Shown here: positions 19,896 to 31,000 of the stretch, in pieces
Layout: each line of letters starts with the position of its first letter
Position numbering within the stretch: position 1 is the stretch's first letter
From: Tortispora ganteri
Lineage: Eukaryota
Assembly (NCBI GenBank): GCA_003707115.1
Contig: PPNB01000005.1
Span: 372,001-436,000, forward strand
DNA length: 64,000 bases
Direction: 5' to 3'
Made by a program: the position numbers and the translations under genes
The notes under the pieces: generated by a model
The model's database searches: none
Told to the model about the DNA's origin: nothing
Seen by the model: the letters and a program-made list of their open reading frames with translations, nothing else

Positions 19896-20522
19896 ATGGC
19901 ACGTTCTAAACACAATGGCACCAAACTAAACTCTGATCCTCTCATGAACATTTTGAATGGCGTGTTTGTATTGGGGCTTTCTTACTGCATGTTTCTTTAT
20001 GGGCTAATTAGTTCACCTATAAACACTCTGTGGGTGTTCATAATACCGCTACTCGTGTTACAATACGCATTTGCTTACGACAAGAACGCTGCTGAACTAA
20101 TATCGTCAACTGTTTTTTCAACAGTGCTTCTGCCAGTTTTTGCATTAATGATAGTGCTGCTTGGCGCGCCTATAACCGCTTTGCGCACCGAAACGCTGCT
20201 GACAGCCTGTCACATCAGCTACCTAATCCTTCTACCTCTAATCATCAACTACGGCGTCGACCCAAAAATATGGAAAGCGTACCTACAGTTCGACCTTTCA
20301 GCGACAGGACTTTCAACGCATTGGCAATACTACTCTTCTTTGGGTGGCGTTGTGGGTGCATACATTGGGGCAGTACCTATATCCTTTGACTGGGACCGTG
20401 CTTGGCAGAGGTATCCCATTACAATCATTACTGGTATGTATGCCGGTTATGGATTAGCTAAAATACTGTGTCCTATAGAAACTTTGTTTCATGCTAAACC
20501 AAAGTCCCTTAAAAAACGCTAA
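19896..20522 (+). CDS. GPI11: GPI biosynthesis protein Gpi11 (PIG-F)
   Basis: Hydrophobic protein with VLLGAP and GAYIGAVPISFDWDRAWQRYPI. Confidence 0.9.
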   Translation: MARSKHNGTKLNSDPLMNILNGVFVLGLSYCMFLYGLISSPINTLWVFIIPLLVLQYAFAYDKNAAELISSTVFSTVLLPVFALMIVLLGAPITALRTETLLTACHISYLILLPLIINYGVDPKIWKAYLQFDLSATGLSTHWQYYSSLGGVVGAYIGAVPISFDWDRAWQRYPITIITGMYAGYGLAKILCPIETLFHAKPKSLKKR

Positions 20523-20554
20523 GCGAGCCAGCCGGGCTAGCCACAGTGACGGGG

Positions 20555-21226
20555 TCATAAATCATCGGATAGTTGTTGGCGGTCAGACGGTTCAGCCATC
20601 ATTTTGCGAATCGCTGTTTCAAGAAACGCGAAATCTCTTCTACCAACAGCAGTTGAATAGTTATTTACATTGACAGTAGTGTGTTTAACACTTGGGTTCC
20701 AGAACTCTGCGGCGCCTCGACTCCAATCGTCCGTCCAAAAAATCTCAGGCGGTTCTTCCCCGTCTGCACTGGTTTCGACGCATGCGTCTGTCACCGTAGC
20801 CAAATCTGCAACTGATTCATGCACATAAACTGGACGATAATGCCTGTAATGCCATATATTTCCATCATATGCTTTCTTCCGCCATTCGCTGACTTCATCT
20901 CCATTTTTTGCAAGTGACCGCTCAAGTTTCAATTCTTTAAGCGCCTTTACAGCCTCGTCAGCTGTATCCTTATCGCTGAGTTTTAGAATTGCTAACGGCC
21001 GCCACAAATCTTTGCGGATATCTGGCAACTCATTCTGCCAATTAGGTCGAGGAAACTGTTCTTTGACGAGCTCTTGTGTGATCACTCCACGGCGAGAGTA
21101 GATTATCTGGCCAGTACGTCCATTCCGGAATACATGTATGGCGCTTTGTACAGCCGGATGTTGCTCGATCGATTTTATGAACCGTGCAACAGATTTCATC
21201 TGCGGTGCCTTGGGGGGTCGCGTCAT
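20555..21226 (-). CDS. MHR1: Mitochondrial Mhr1 / mL67
   Basis: IHVFRNGRTGQIIYS, IRKDLWRPLA, GNIWHY..YRP.Y..ESVADL. The first ATG is at 21226. Confidence 0.8.
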   Translation of the reverse strand: MTRPPKAPQMKSVARFIKSIEQHPAVQSAIHVFRNGRTGQIIYSRRGVITQELVKEQFPRPNWQNELPDIRKDLWRPLAILKLSDKDTADEAVKALKELKLERSLAKNGDEVSEWRKKAYDGNIWHYRHYRPVYVHESVADLATVTDACVETSADGEEPPEIFWTDDWSRGAAEFWNPSVKHTTVNVNNYSTAVGRRDFAFLETAIRKMMAEPSDRQQLSDDL

Positions 21227-21643
21227 GGCTGTATCGATAGGCAAAGGAAGTGAAGTGTGGAAACAAAAAAATATGATTGTTTGTGGTTAGGGTACTTTAG
21301 TATGTAATAAGAAGAAAAGGCATACAAACCACCTCAAACTTGCTGATTGTATGTAAGAAAAGAGGTATTTTTTGGCTATTTTATAATTGATTAATTGTTT
21401 AAATACAATATCGATAATAGTTAATACTTTTTTTTTTTGCAAAAATGGCTTTTTTAAATCAGTTGTCTACTACTCATTGAAAACCTTAAAACCTATGAAA
21501 AAAATTCGGTGAACTTTATTCATTTCTTTTGCGTAATTTCTGCAAAGGATTGACCTGCTGCAGAATCTGTTTCTTTTTATAGAAAATCCATTTATTTAAA
21601 TTATTTCTGTAAATTGTTTTACTTTTTTTTTAAAAAAGAAAAA

Positions 21644-24600
21644 ATGAGCCCAATTACTGAAATTACAGCTCTACTTGAACAAATCTTAGCACCTGCTGCT
21701 TCTGATATAAGATCTGCTTCTTCTAGACTTGAAAAAGAATGGTACGAAAATCCATCTTCAGTACTTGTTCTTGTTAATATTGCTTTAAATGATCAAAGAC
21801 GTGAAATTCGACAACTTGCAGCTGTTGAAGCACGAAAACTTGTTGTAAAACACTGGAAAGAATCTCTTAAGACAGATCAACAAAATACAATCGCTATTAG
21901 GGATGCTCTTTTGCATGCATGTTTTAAAGAAACAGATCCTCTAGTAAAACATTCTCTTGCACGTGTAATTGGAGCTATTGCGTCTTTGGATTTATCTAGT
22001 TGGCCAGAAATATCCACTTCGTTGTTGGCACTTGAACCATCTTCAGTTACTGAACTTGAAACAAAGATCTATTTAATCTATACGATCGCCAGTGCTTCTT
22101 CTACATATCTTATAGAAAATATTGATACAATATTACCAATATTTGATCAAGCTTTGTCTGTTTCAAATGCTCAAACTGTGCATTTTAACGCTCTTCTCGG
22201 TTTGACAGAGGTCGCGCAGATTATTGACGAGATTGGCGTTAAAAAATACGCTCCTGCCTTCAGAGCAATATTTCCTAAAACTTTAGCCGTCTTTAAAGAA
22301 GTTCTTGATTCTGGTGATGACGAAAATGCTTCAGAAGTGTATACTTTTTTCAATGAACTACTATATGCCCATAGCAGCCTGCTTGGATCGCATATTGGTG
22401 ACTTATTTCAAGCCATGATTCAAGTCGCTTCAAGCAATACACTCAATCCTGCTCTTCGCTGCCCTGCTATTCAATTTTTTATGGTTTGTACTGCCACTAA
22501 AAAGTCAAAACTTCAAAAACATAAACTCGGACCTGTGCTTGCCTCTATGGCTTTGTCGATTATGTCTGAGCCTTCTGAATTTGACGATGATGAAGACGAT
22601 TCAACTAGCGATATAGAAGATGACGAAGACTATCAGGACTCTGAAGACCCTCGTAGTGTGGCATTGGATTTGATTCGAACTTTGTGCGTCTATCTTCCTG
22701 CTTCACAAGTCTCTACGGCTATTACTGACGCCATTCCGCAATATATTCAATCCACTGACATAAATCATCGTCGTGCTATTCTTCAAGCAGTAGAAGCTGC
22801 AGTCGAAGGTACGCCTGACTATTTTGGCGACAAACTTGACTCTTTATTCTTATTGTTAGAACACGGGTTCCGCGATTCTAGTGCTAAAGTTCGAATTGCT
22901 GCTCTGAATGCACTCCATCAGATAGCTCTTGAATGCCCTGAAGTTGTTAGTACTCACCACGAAACATTGGTTCCAATGATCTTTAATGTACTCAGTGGAA
23001 ATGACGTGAATTTCTCTAAAGCCGCTATTCGTGCCCTCGATGCCGTCTTAGACGTGATGACACAGGATGAGATTACTCGATATGTCAATTCCGTTATGGA
23101 TTTCTTGCTCCAGTTTGTCAAGCATTCCGAAAACAAGGTTCTAAAAAGTAAAGTAATTCGGTCTATTGGTTCTACTGCACATTCTGCAAAATCAGCTTTC
23201 AAGCCTTATGCTACACCAACTATGCAGCTTCTCGAAACCTGTCTCGGCAACCCCGTTGAGAGCGATGACGACCAGCAGATATTATGTCGTGTTTTTGAAA
23301 CTTTAGGTGAAGTGGCTCTTGCCATCGGAAAAGAAGATTTTGCTTCATTTGCCGCCCCAAGTCTTGAAATATCCATGAAAGCACTGGAATCATCGGCCAA
23401 AGACCCCAGCTCTAGCGTCCCTGACAGCGTCTACTCATTTTGGGTCAGTATGGCTGAATTATACCGCAAAGATTTTGCTCCTTTTTTGGATACTGTATTC
23501 CAGATTTTGTTTCCTCGTCTAGAAGTTGAAGAAAACAATTCTTTGCTCGATATTCTCGAAAACCAACTCTACGATGACGATGATTTAGATTCAGAACTTG
23601 TTCAACAGATGGCACAAGATTCTGCATTATCTTCAGAGAAAAGCATTGTCGCCCAAACCTTGACAGATATTCTTTCTGCTTGTCAAGAGGCCTGTGCACC
23701 TTATGTCAGCAAGATCATCACTATTGTTACACCTTTAGCTGGTAGTATGCATGAAAGTGTGCGTGTTGGTGCTCTTGGATGTCTCTGGCAAAGTATTTCA
23801 ATCCTCTGCAAGGTACAGGATCCAGATATGAAAAAACTTGATGTTAATGCGCCTTTCCCTTATACTGACCTTAAAACTTTGTGTGAGCCATTGGTTTCAA
23901 TTACATTGAAAATACTCCAAGAAGATGATGACCTCACTGTAGTTGGAACATGTTGCACAGCCCTTGCGCTGTTTGTCAAGGAGTGTGGACCGGGACTTAT
24001 AATGAACTCCGTTGAACCTATTTCTGAATGTTTATTCTCTATTTTATCGAAGAAACATATCTCTCAGATGATTTTCGAAGGGCAGTATTTGGATGACGAC
24101 AACAAAGAGTTCGAGGATATAGATGATGAAGAAGATAAGGAAGACGGCGCTGACGAAGACATGTCTGAGTGGCAACGCGGTCTGATAGAATCAGCCTTGG
24201 ATTTAGTTGAAGCATTCTGCAAAGTTTTTGGTGCATCTTATTTGAGATTCTTTGAAATGTACCTACCGCATATTGTTTCTTTAGCTCGAAGTCCTTCACC
24301 CGCCGAGAGGGCATACGCTATAGGTGTTTTGGCAGAATGCGCAGGAGCACTTGGGGGCTCAGCCGATTTTAAGAAACATGTCCAAACACTATTCAACTTG
24401 ATGTATGAAAGTCTGGCTGACAGCGGCGAGGAAGTGCGCAGCCATTCAGCTTATGGTATTGGTATAATGGTGGTGTCTGTACCAGATCTGATCGAGGATA
24501 TAAAGCCGATGTATCCGTCGATACTATCTCAACTACAACAGATTATTGCTTCAGGATATCGTGCTCCTAGGACGCTAGCCAATGTATGTGGTTGCGTTGC

Positions 24601-24937
24601 ACGTATGATTTTAAGGTCACCTGAAGCAATGCCAATGGTTGAGTCAGTTGTGTCATCTGTGCTGTCGTACATGCCGCTGAAGGACGGTTTTGAAGAGTAC
24701 AGTCCTTTACTAGACATGCTCGTAGCACTTTACCCGTCACACAAGGCGCTTATTGACCAGAATGGTGTGGTGGTGTACAATATTGCAATTGACGCAATAA
24801 ACCATAGTCCCGATACTGCTGAATACGATGTGCTAACACCAGGATCAAAGCGGTTTGAGGACGTAAAGAACTTGTTGGTATCAATTGCTCAAGCTAATGA
24901 GGATACACAAGACCTGTTACAACAGTTTATTAAGTGA
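21644..24937 (+). CDS. KAP123: Importin-beta family karyopherin (importin-4/Kap123)
   Basis: IBN-N motif IRQLAAVEARKLV, HEAT repeats with acidic loops, NVCGCVARMI and MPLKDGFEEY. ATG at 21644. Confidence 0.85.
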   Translation: MSPITEITALLEQILAPAASDIRSASSRLEKEWYENPSSVLVLVNIALNDQRREIRQLAAVEARKLVVKHWKESLKTDQQNTIAIRDALLHACFKETDPLVKHSLARVIGAIASLDLSSWPEISTSLLALEPSSVTELETKIYLIYTIASASSTYLIENIDTILPIFDQALSVSNAQTVHFNALLGLTEVAQIIDEIGVKKYAPAFRAIFPKTLAVFKEVLDSGDDENASEVYTFFNELLYAHSSLLGSHIGDLFQAMIQVASSNTLNPALRCPAIQFFMVCTATKKSKLQKHKLGPVLASMALSIMSEPSEFDDDEDDSTSDIEDDEDYQDSEDPRSVALDLIRTLCVYLPASQVSTAITDAIPQYIQSTDINHRRAILQAVEAAVEGTPDYFGDKLDSLFLLLEHGFRDSSAKVRIAALNALHQIALECPEVVSTHHETLVPMIFNVLSGNDVNFSKAAIRALDAVLDVMTQDEITRYVNSVMDFLLQFVKHSENKVLKSKVIRSIGSTAHSAKSAFKPYATPTMQLLETCLGNPVESDDDQQILCRVFETLGEVALAIGKEDFASFAAPSLEISMKALESSAKDPSSSVPDSVYSFWVSMAELYRKDFAPFLDTVFQILFPRLEVEENNSLLDILENQLYDDDDLDSELVQQMAQDSALSSEKSIVAQTLTDILSACQEACAPYVSKIITIVTPLAGSMHESVRVGALGCLWQSISILCKVQDPDMKKLDVNAPFPYTDLKTLCEPLVSITLKILQEDDDLTVVGTCCTALALFVKECGPGLIMNSVEPISECLFSILSKKHISQMIFEGQYLDDDNKEFEDIDDEEDKEDGADEDMSEWQRGLIESALDLVEAFCKVFGASYLRFFEMYLPHIVSLARSPSPAERAYAIGVLAECAGALGGSADFKKHVQTLFNLMYESLADSGEEVRSHSAYGIGIMVVSVPDLIEDIKPMYPSILSQLQQIIASGYRAPRTLANVCGCVARMILRSPEAMPMVESVVSSVLSYMPLKDGFEEYSPLLDMLVALYPSHKALIDQNGVVVYNIAIDAINHSPDTAEYDVLTPGSKRFEDVKNLLVSIAQANEDTQDLLQQFIK

Positions 24938-25097
24938 TAGAAAAAGGAACTGAATAGATAATGAATTGATTGTATATATATATTAGTGTATATAAGTATA
25001 TGCAACTATTTCATATTGGGAGGAATCACGTTTTGTGATTGGCTAGAATCAGTTAATTTCCTTTACACAATTTTCTCTCGAACAACTCGACATAGAC

Positions 25098-28000
25098 ATG
25101 GCAAAAAAAAGTAAAGATCAAACCCGAAAATTGCATAGATTTTTGTCTTTTAAAGATCGAATTGATAAGATATCTGTGACTGCAGTGAGAAGGTCTGCTG
25201 CTCCAAAAGATACCGACATTTCATACTTTGTCGATGCTTATCACAAATGGGTAGAGCTAACTCTAGCTACTGATTTTGTTTTGTTTTCTCGTCAAATACG
25301 GTCATATTCCCAGTCTTTGCCTTTGATCTTATACCATAAAGATACTATCTTCAATAAAATAGAAGAGTATATTGGTCATGAAGACGTGAATTCTCTTGAA
25401 GCGCTGTTGGACCTACTCACTCAGTTCTGCCGTGACCTTGGCCCTGACTTCGAGCCTTATTTCACCAGATCATTCAAACTACTCGCTCATCTTGCTCATA
25501 ATTCAGATTCAAATGTTGTCAATTACACATTTACTGCAATGGCTTTCATATTCAAGTACCTTTCTAAGCTGCTAGTACCTGATATTGTACCTACATACGA
25601 TCTAGTCGCTCCTTTACTAGGCAAAGAACGTCAACGACCTTACATCTCGAAATTTGCCGCTGAAGCATTCTCATATTTGCTGCGTCGAGTTCCTGAAACA
25701 GACCTGCCGCGAATTGTTGAACACATAGTGTCAGATGTCAGAGAAGCGGAAACTCCAGAATACACTTCCGGCTGTGCAGCGGTTTTTATCGAATCATTAA
25801 AAAACGTCAAAATGACTTTGCACTCACGAACACCACTAATATTGCGAAACTTGCTTCAATCACAAACTAAATACCTCCCTCTTTTGTCAAAAGTAATAAT
25901 TCAGACCTTACATCATGTGAATAATCAAACTTCCGAGCCACTAGAATCTACTGTTCTAGAGTATCTCAAAACTGCAAATGATCTTGAATCTTCAGATGAT
26001 CTGGAAACCTCTTCTTGTTTATTATTTTGTCTCCTTGGAACCCGCAAAGGTTCGCGAGTAACACAATGGGATGATGTCTCATTAGTGCTTAAATCACTTA
26101 CCTCGAAAACTGACCCGTCTCCTGAAAACACTCAACTACTTCTATGTTGCGTTTCTGCATACCTTCAAGGCTGTCCACTTTCTTTTGTTCTAAAACATGC
26201 ACAAACTATCATAGCAAGTTTTATTTCCAATTGTGGCTACTTGCCGTTCTTACAGCTTGTTTCTTTCCTTACTAGTGCTCGCAAGGATATTATATCGGGT
26301 GTATGCATCAAACCATTGGTCTCGCTTCTCAAAACCGACGGTATTCTGCCAGCTTTATACACCTTAACAGAAATATCGGACGCATTCCGTGATAATTCAC
26401 TTGATGAAAGTGTATCTAACATACCGTCTTCGCTGCAGATCAGTGTGTTTGAACAACTTGAAGATCATTCACAGGCTGTTGCAGCAATTACATTTGTGCA
26501 GTTAAATTGCTGTACCGCAGAGGTCTCACAGTATATCTCCAAAAGGCTTGAAACTATTGATGTGCCGGTACAGATCGACTTGTACACTGCGTTCCTATTG
26601 TATTGCACTACAGACCCGTCCTGGTGCAAGGGTCATCCACAAATAGTTCTCGACTGTATACAATACTTTAGCAGTTCAGATATCAAATACAGCGATGCAG
26701 CTTATTTGTTAGTTCTATTGCAGTTTGTTGAGAACAACAAAGAATGGGCACCTTCAGACACTGAGTTTCATAATTTAAGTCTATTCCTTTTGAAGTATCT
26801 GAAGTTTCACAGTCATGAGGTAAGAAGAAAGGCTCTTGAATGTTATATGACTCTCTTTAAAAGGAAAACCACTGTTCCTGATACCGTCACAGTGTGTGCT
26901 CTAATCGAAGAGATTCCCGTTACTGCGGAAAACGCCAGATCGCTTTCTCTGCAAGTTAAACGGCTGTCTAATGTCGCGCTTCGCGGTACAGACCTCGAAA
27001 AAGACATCTTTGTTTCATACTGCTTTGGTCTATTGACCGTACAGTTTACACCATTGTGGCAGGACGTTTATCAAGCACTTGCTTTGAACTCTAAGATCGA
27101 TTCCTTGTGGAGTTATAGCCAGGATCTGTTGAGATCTTCGAACACAGAATGTGAACCTGATCAGGAATATGTGGAGTACCCCTTAAAAATTAGCCACATA
27201 GTATCTCCAGATTGCACTAATGTCGAATGGATATGCCAGAAAGTGCAAGCATCGTTCCAAGCCCTTAACCTTTCTTCTGAGGATATCTCTAAAACAATGA
27301 TGCTTGAATTTCTGCATGAAGATCGCACATCAAAGAATACCATGGAACAAGGTCTAGATTTGCTTAAACATATCCCGACTCTAGCAGAAAAACATTCATC
27401 TGATATTGTTCCTCTATTTGTCGATGTTTTCAGCGCAACAGACCTCGAAGCTGAAGATAACGAAATGCCAGACAGACTCAGTTATTCTGCGCAGATGAAG
27501 CTACTGGATCTTTTTGGTAAATTCAAGAACCCGAAATCGCTGCATTTGTCAGACCATGTACGACGTCTACTCTTTAACTTGCTTTCTCGCGGCGATCAGT
27601 CCATCCAAGAACGCGCATTTAAGGCATTATTAACCTGGAAAGATCCTGCTCTCGTCAGATACTCTGAAAATATACTGAAACTGATAACGGAAACTAATTT
27701 TAGAGACGAAGCAACCACCTTCTTGCTTCCTGCAGGCGAAGAAAGCGTTATTCAAGAAAATTACCGCTCTGATGTTCTCGATGTCGTTCTCCCTATCCTG
27801 TACGGACGCAGTTTAGCGAAAAAATCACGAGTCGATAACAGACACGCTGTATTAACAGTACTTGCCAATACAGGCATGGATGCAGTTGAACAATTTTGCG
27901 ATTTGGCTACGGGTTTTTCCAATTATAAGCATTTTGTCAACACTTCTGTATCCCCGTATACCTTTGATCTGTCAATCGCTAAATTTGAATCCGCTGCTGA

Positions 28001-31000
28001 CTTTAGGCGAGCCAAGGGATATTGTTCAATGTTAAATGATATTATTGAACATTTTGGTTATTCTTTGGCTCCAATAGGAGACAAACTATTAGAACCGCTT
28101 CTTTTCTTTCTTGTGGCTAACGAATCTGCTGTTGAAGACTCTAATCATTTATCAAAAGCCATGCGTCGATCGGCTTTGTTATGCTTATACGATTTTTATT
28201 CGCACGTGTACGGATTTGAATGGACTAAATGGCAGCCAGCCATTATGCGCAACATTTTTGAGCCCCGTATGGATAATTTCTCTACTGAGAATCTCGAAGT
28301 GCCTTCCATTATCATGAAATTGTTCTTATTGTGGGCTTCCAAGCCAGAGTACGTCGAGTTTTTAACTTACAACAAGTACTTAGTTCCTGATCGGCTCATT
28401 GGCTGCTTCGAAAATGATAACGTCAAAATGCCAGTTGTCGAATATGTTGTCGATTTTGTGAACTCGTTGCTCAGCTTTGCCTTGGAAGATAACAATACAG
28501 CAATTAGTCTCGTATCTGGTATAGTACAGAGATATCTACAGCGACTGGCTGTTCTTATTTCCCGTTGTACTTCTCCACAACTATTATCAAAGGAAATTGA
28601 CAGCATTGTTTCACTCGCCGAACTCAACCTATTCGCAGATTCGGAAGTAGCTTATGAATTACTAACGACATTATTCGCAACTCTGGATAAACCTGCGTTC
28701 CCCTTGCGTGCTGCATCTAGGGTATCACTATACAAAGCGATTCTGAAAGTTACCGAAAAACAACTGTATTTCAAACCTGGTGGATTTGATCTTGTTCTTG
28801 CTAAACAATTTCATTTTTCAAAGGACCGAGACTCACGTTTGCTTCTGTCCGCGATTCTTCGGTCCATTTCAGTCAAAAACAGTGCTTACTCAACTGCAGG
28901 CATGCTAGTAACTGACTTGAATGCTTATTCTTCGTCGAGGCTTGACGATCCCGATTTTGGCACTCGTTTAGACGCATATGCTAGAATCAATGAGTCTATA
29001 ACTGAGCAGTTATCTGCACTGACTTGGCTTTATATTGTATCAAACTCGTTGTTCTTCGTACAGGATCCCGAGGAACTGTCATTACGCACCAGTGCTGGCT
29101 TGTCCATCAAGCGATTCCTGCAGATGCTTGCTCGCGAGGATTTGTCCGTTGAAGATAACAACATCTCGATGTCGTTGATATACACTGAGATCCTGCTTCC
29201 CTCAGTCAGGTATGGACTCAAAGAAGAATCTGAAGTACTGAGAAGCGAATGGATTCGTATTCTGGCTGACTGTGTTGAAATACTCAAAGATAAGAGTGAA
29301 ATGGTAGATCTCCAGTCGCTCCTCTTTGATGGAGACATGGAGGCGAACATTTTTGTTAATTTGTTGCATATTCAGCAGCACCGCAAACTGAGAGCGATCC
29401 GCAGAATCGGTTCTATGGCAAAGAAAGGACTGTTTTCTTCATCTTCTATTTCCCAGTACTTGCTGCCGATCGTCGAACACTATATACCTAGCTCGGACCA
29501 AGAAGGCACGGAGCTAGGTGAAGAATCAATTCGGGTGATTGGTGCCCTTTGCTCACAATTGACCTGGAAGCAATACCGTGCTGTATTCAAAAGATATGCC
29601 AAATCCCTGTCTAGTTCAGCTAAAGTGTTCAGAGTCACAACCCGTCTACTGACGGCCGCAACATCGGCACTTTCTTTGAGAAACGAACCCGATCCTGAAA
29701 CTATCAAACCAAATCTGTTGGAAACTTTGCCAGACCAAAAGGAGCTGCGCAAAACTATTCTGGAAGATTTTTGTCCAAAACTACATAATGCCATGCATAT
29801 AAAGAACGCTGATGAGGAAAGTCTGCACTACAGAATCCCTTTAGTCATTCCTATAGTACGCTTGTACTTGTTGTTGGATTATGAAGACATTTCAGTCAGA
29901 CTTCCAGGAACTCTGACCAGTCTGTGTCAAAAATTGCGCAGTAGAGAAGAAGAAGTGCGTAGAAACGTTCGCTCGACTTTGACTCGAGTGTGCAAACTGC
30001 TGAAGAAAGAACATTACCCTTTTGTTTTCAGGGAACTCAAAGATGCATTGACTAGAGGATACCAGGTACACATATTAGGGTATACTGTGCATTATTTGCT
30101 AGTTGAATTGCAAGGACATTTCCAGGTTGGCGATCTCGACCCTAGCGCACCTATTCTGATGGATGTAATTATGGAAGAGATCTTTGGTGCTGTTGCAGAA
30201 GAAAAGGAGGCGGAGGACTATATTAGTCGAATGAAAGAAATCAACACTCAAAAGAGCTATGATTCAGCTAGACTACTAGCAATGTTTGTATCCATTCCTC
30301 AATTCGCAGCAATTGTTACGCCTATTAGCAACTTTTTGCTCTATGAAAAGCTATCTTCAAAAACCGAAAAGAAGCTGTCTGAACTGCTGCGACGGATAAG
30401 TTTAGGAATAGCCGAAAATGACGAATCAAACAGCAAATCTACATTGCAACTCTGCTATGAGTTATTCCAAGAATCTGTTTCTTCAGTTAGCAAACCTGAA
30501 ATGAACAGTATGCCAGCTAGAGACGAGAGTCATTTTATCGTGCATAACAATTCGCGCAATAATGGAATCAAAGAGTACCCCGAGAACAAGAGTATTCTAG
30601 CTAATTTATCATTTGACATTCTGAGTTCTGTTTTGTCACGCAACAAAGCTCTCTTTGATTTGACAAGTGTGCGCCAGTTTGTGCCGTTGTTAGTTAAAAG
30701 CTTTGACAACCCCCGTGAGTCTGTCAGGGCATCCGGAATGCGTCTCTTGTCTTCGATAATTGACTTGTCTGGCGGCGAGCTGGATGAATGGAACGTGAAA
30801 ATCGCCATGAATTGTATGACGATCATCAAAGAAACCGCAGACACATCCGACCAATTATTCCATTCAGCTTTGAAGCTAAGTTCAACTCTACTAAACAATT
30901 CAGAAAAGCACGGTTTCGACAATGAGGATATCGGTTATATACTGAATTTCATTAAAGATGATCTGCTTGAGCCTGATCGCCAGGGTGCATTCTTCACTTT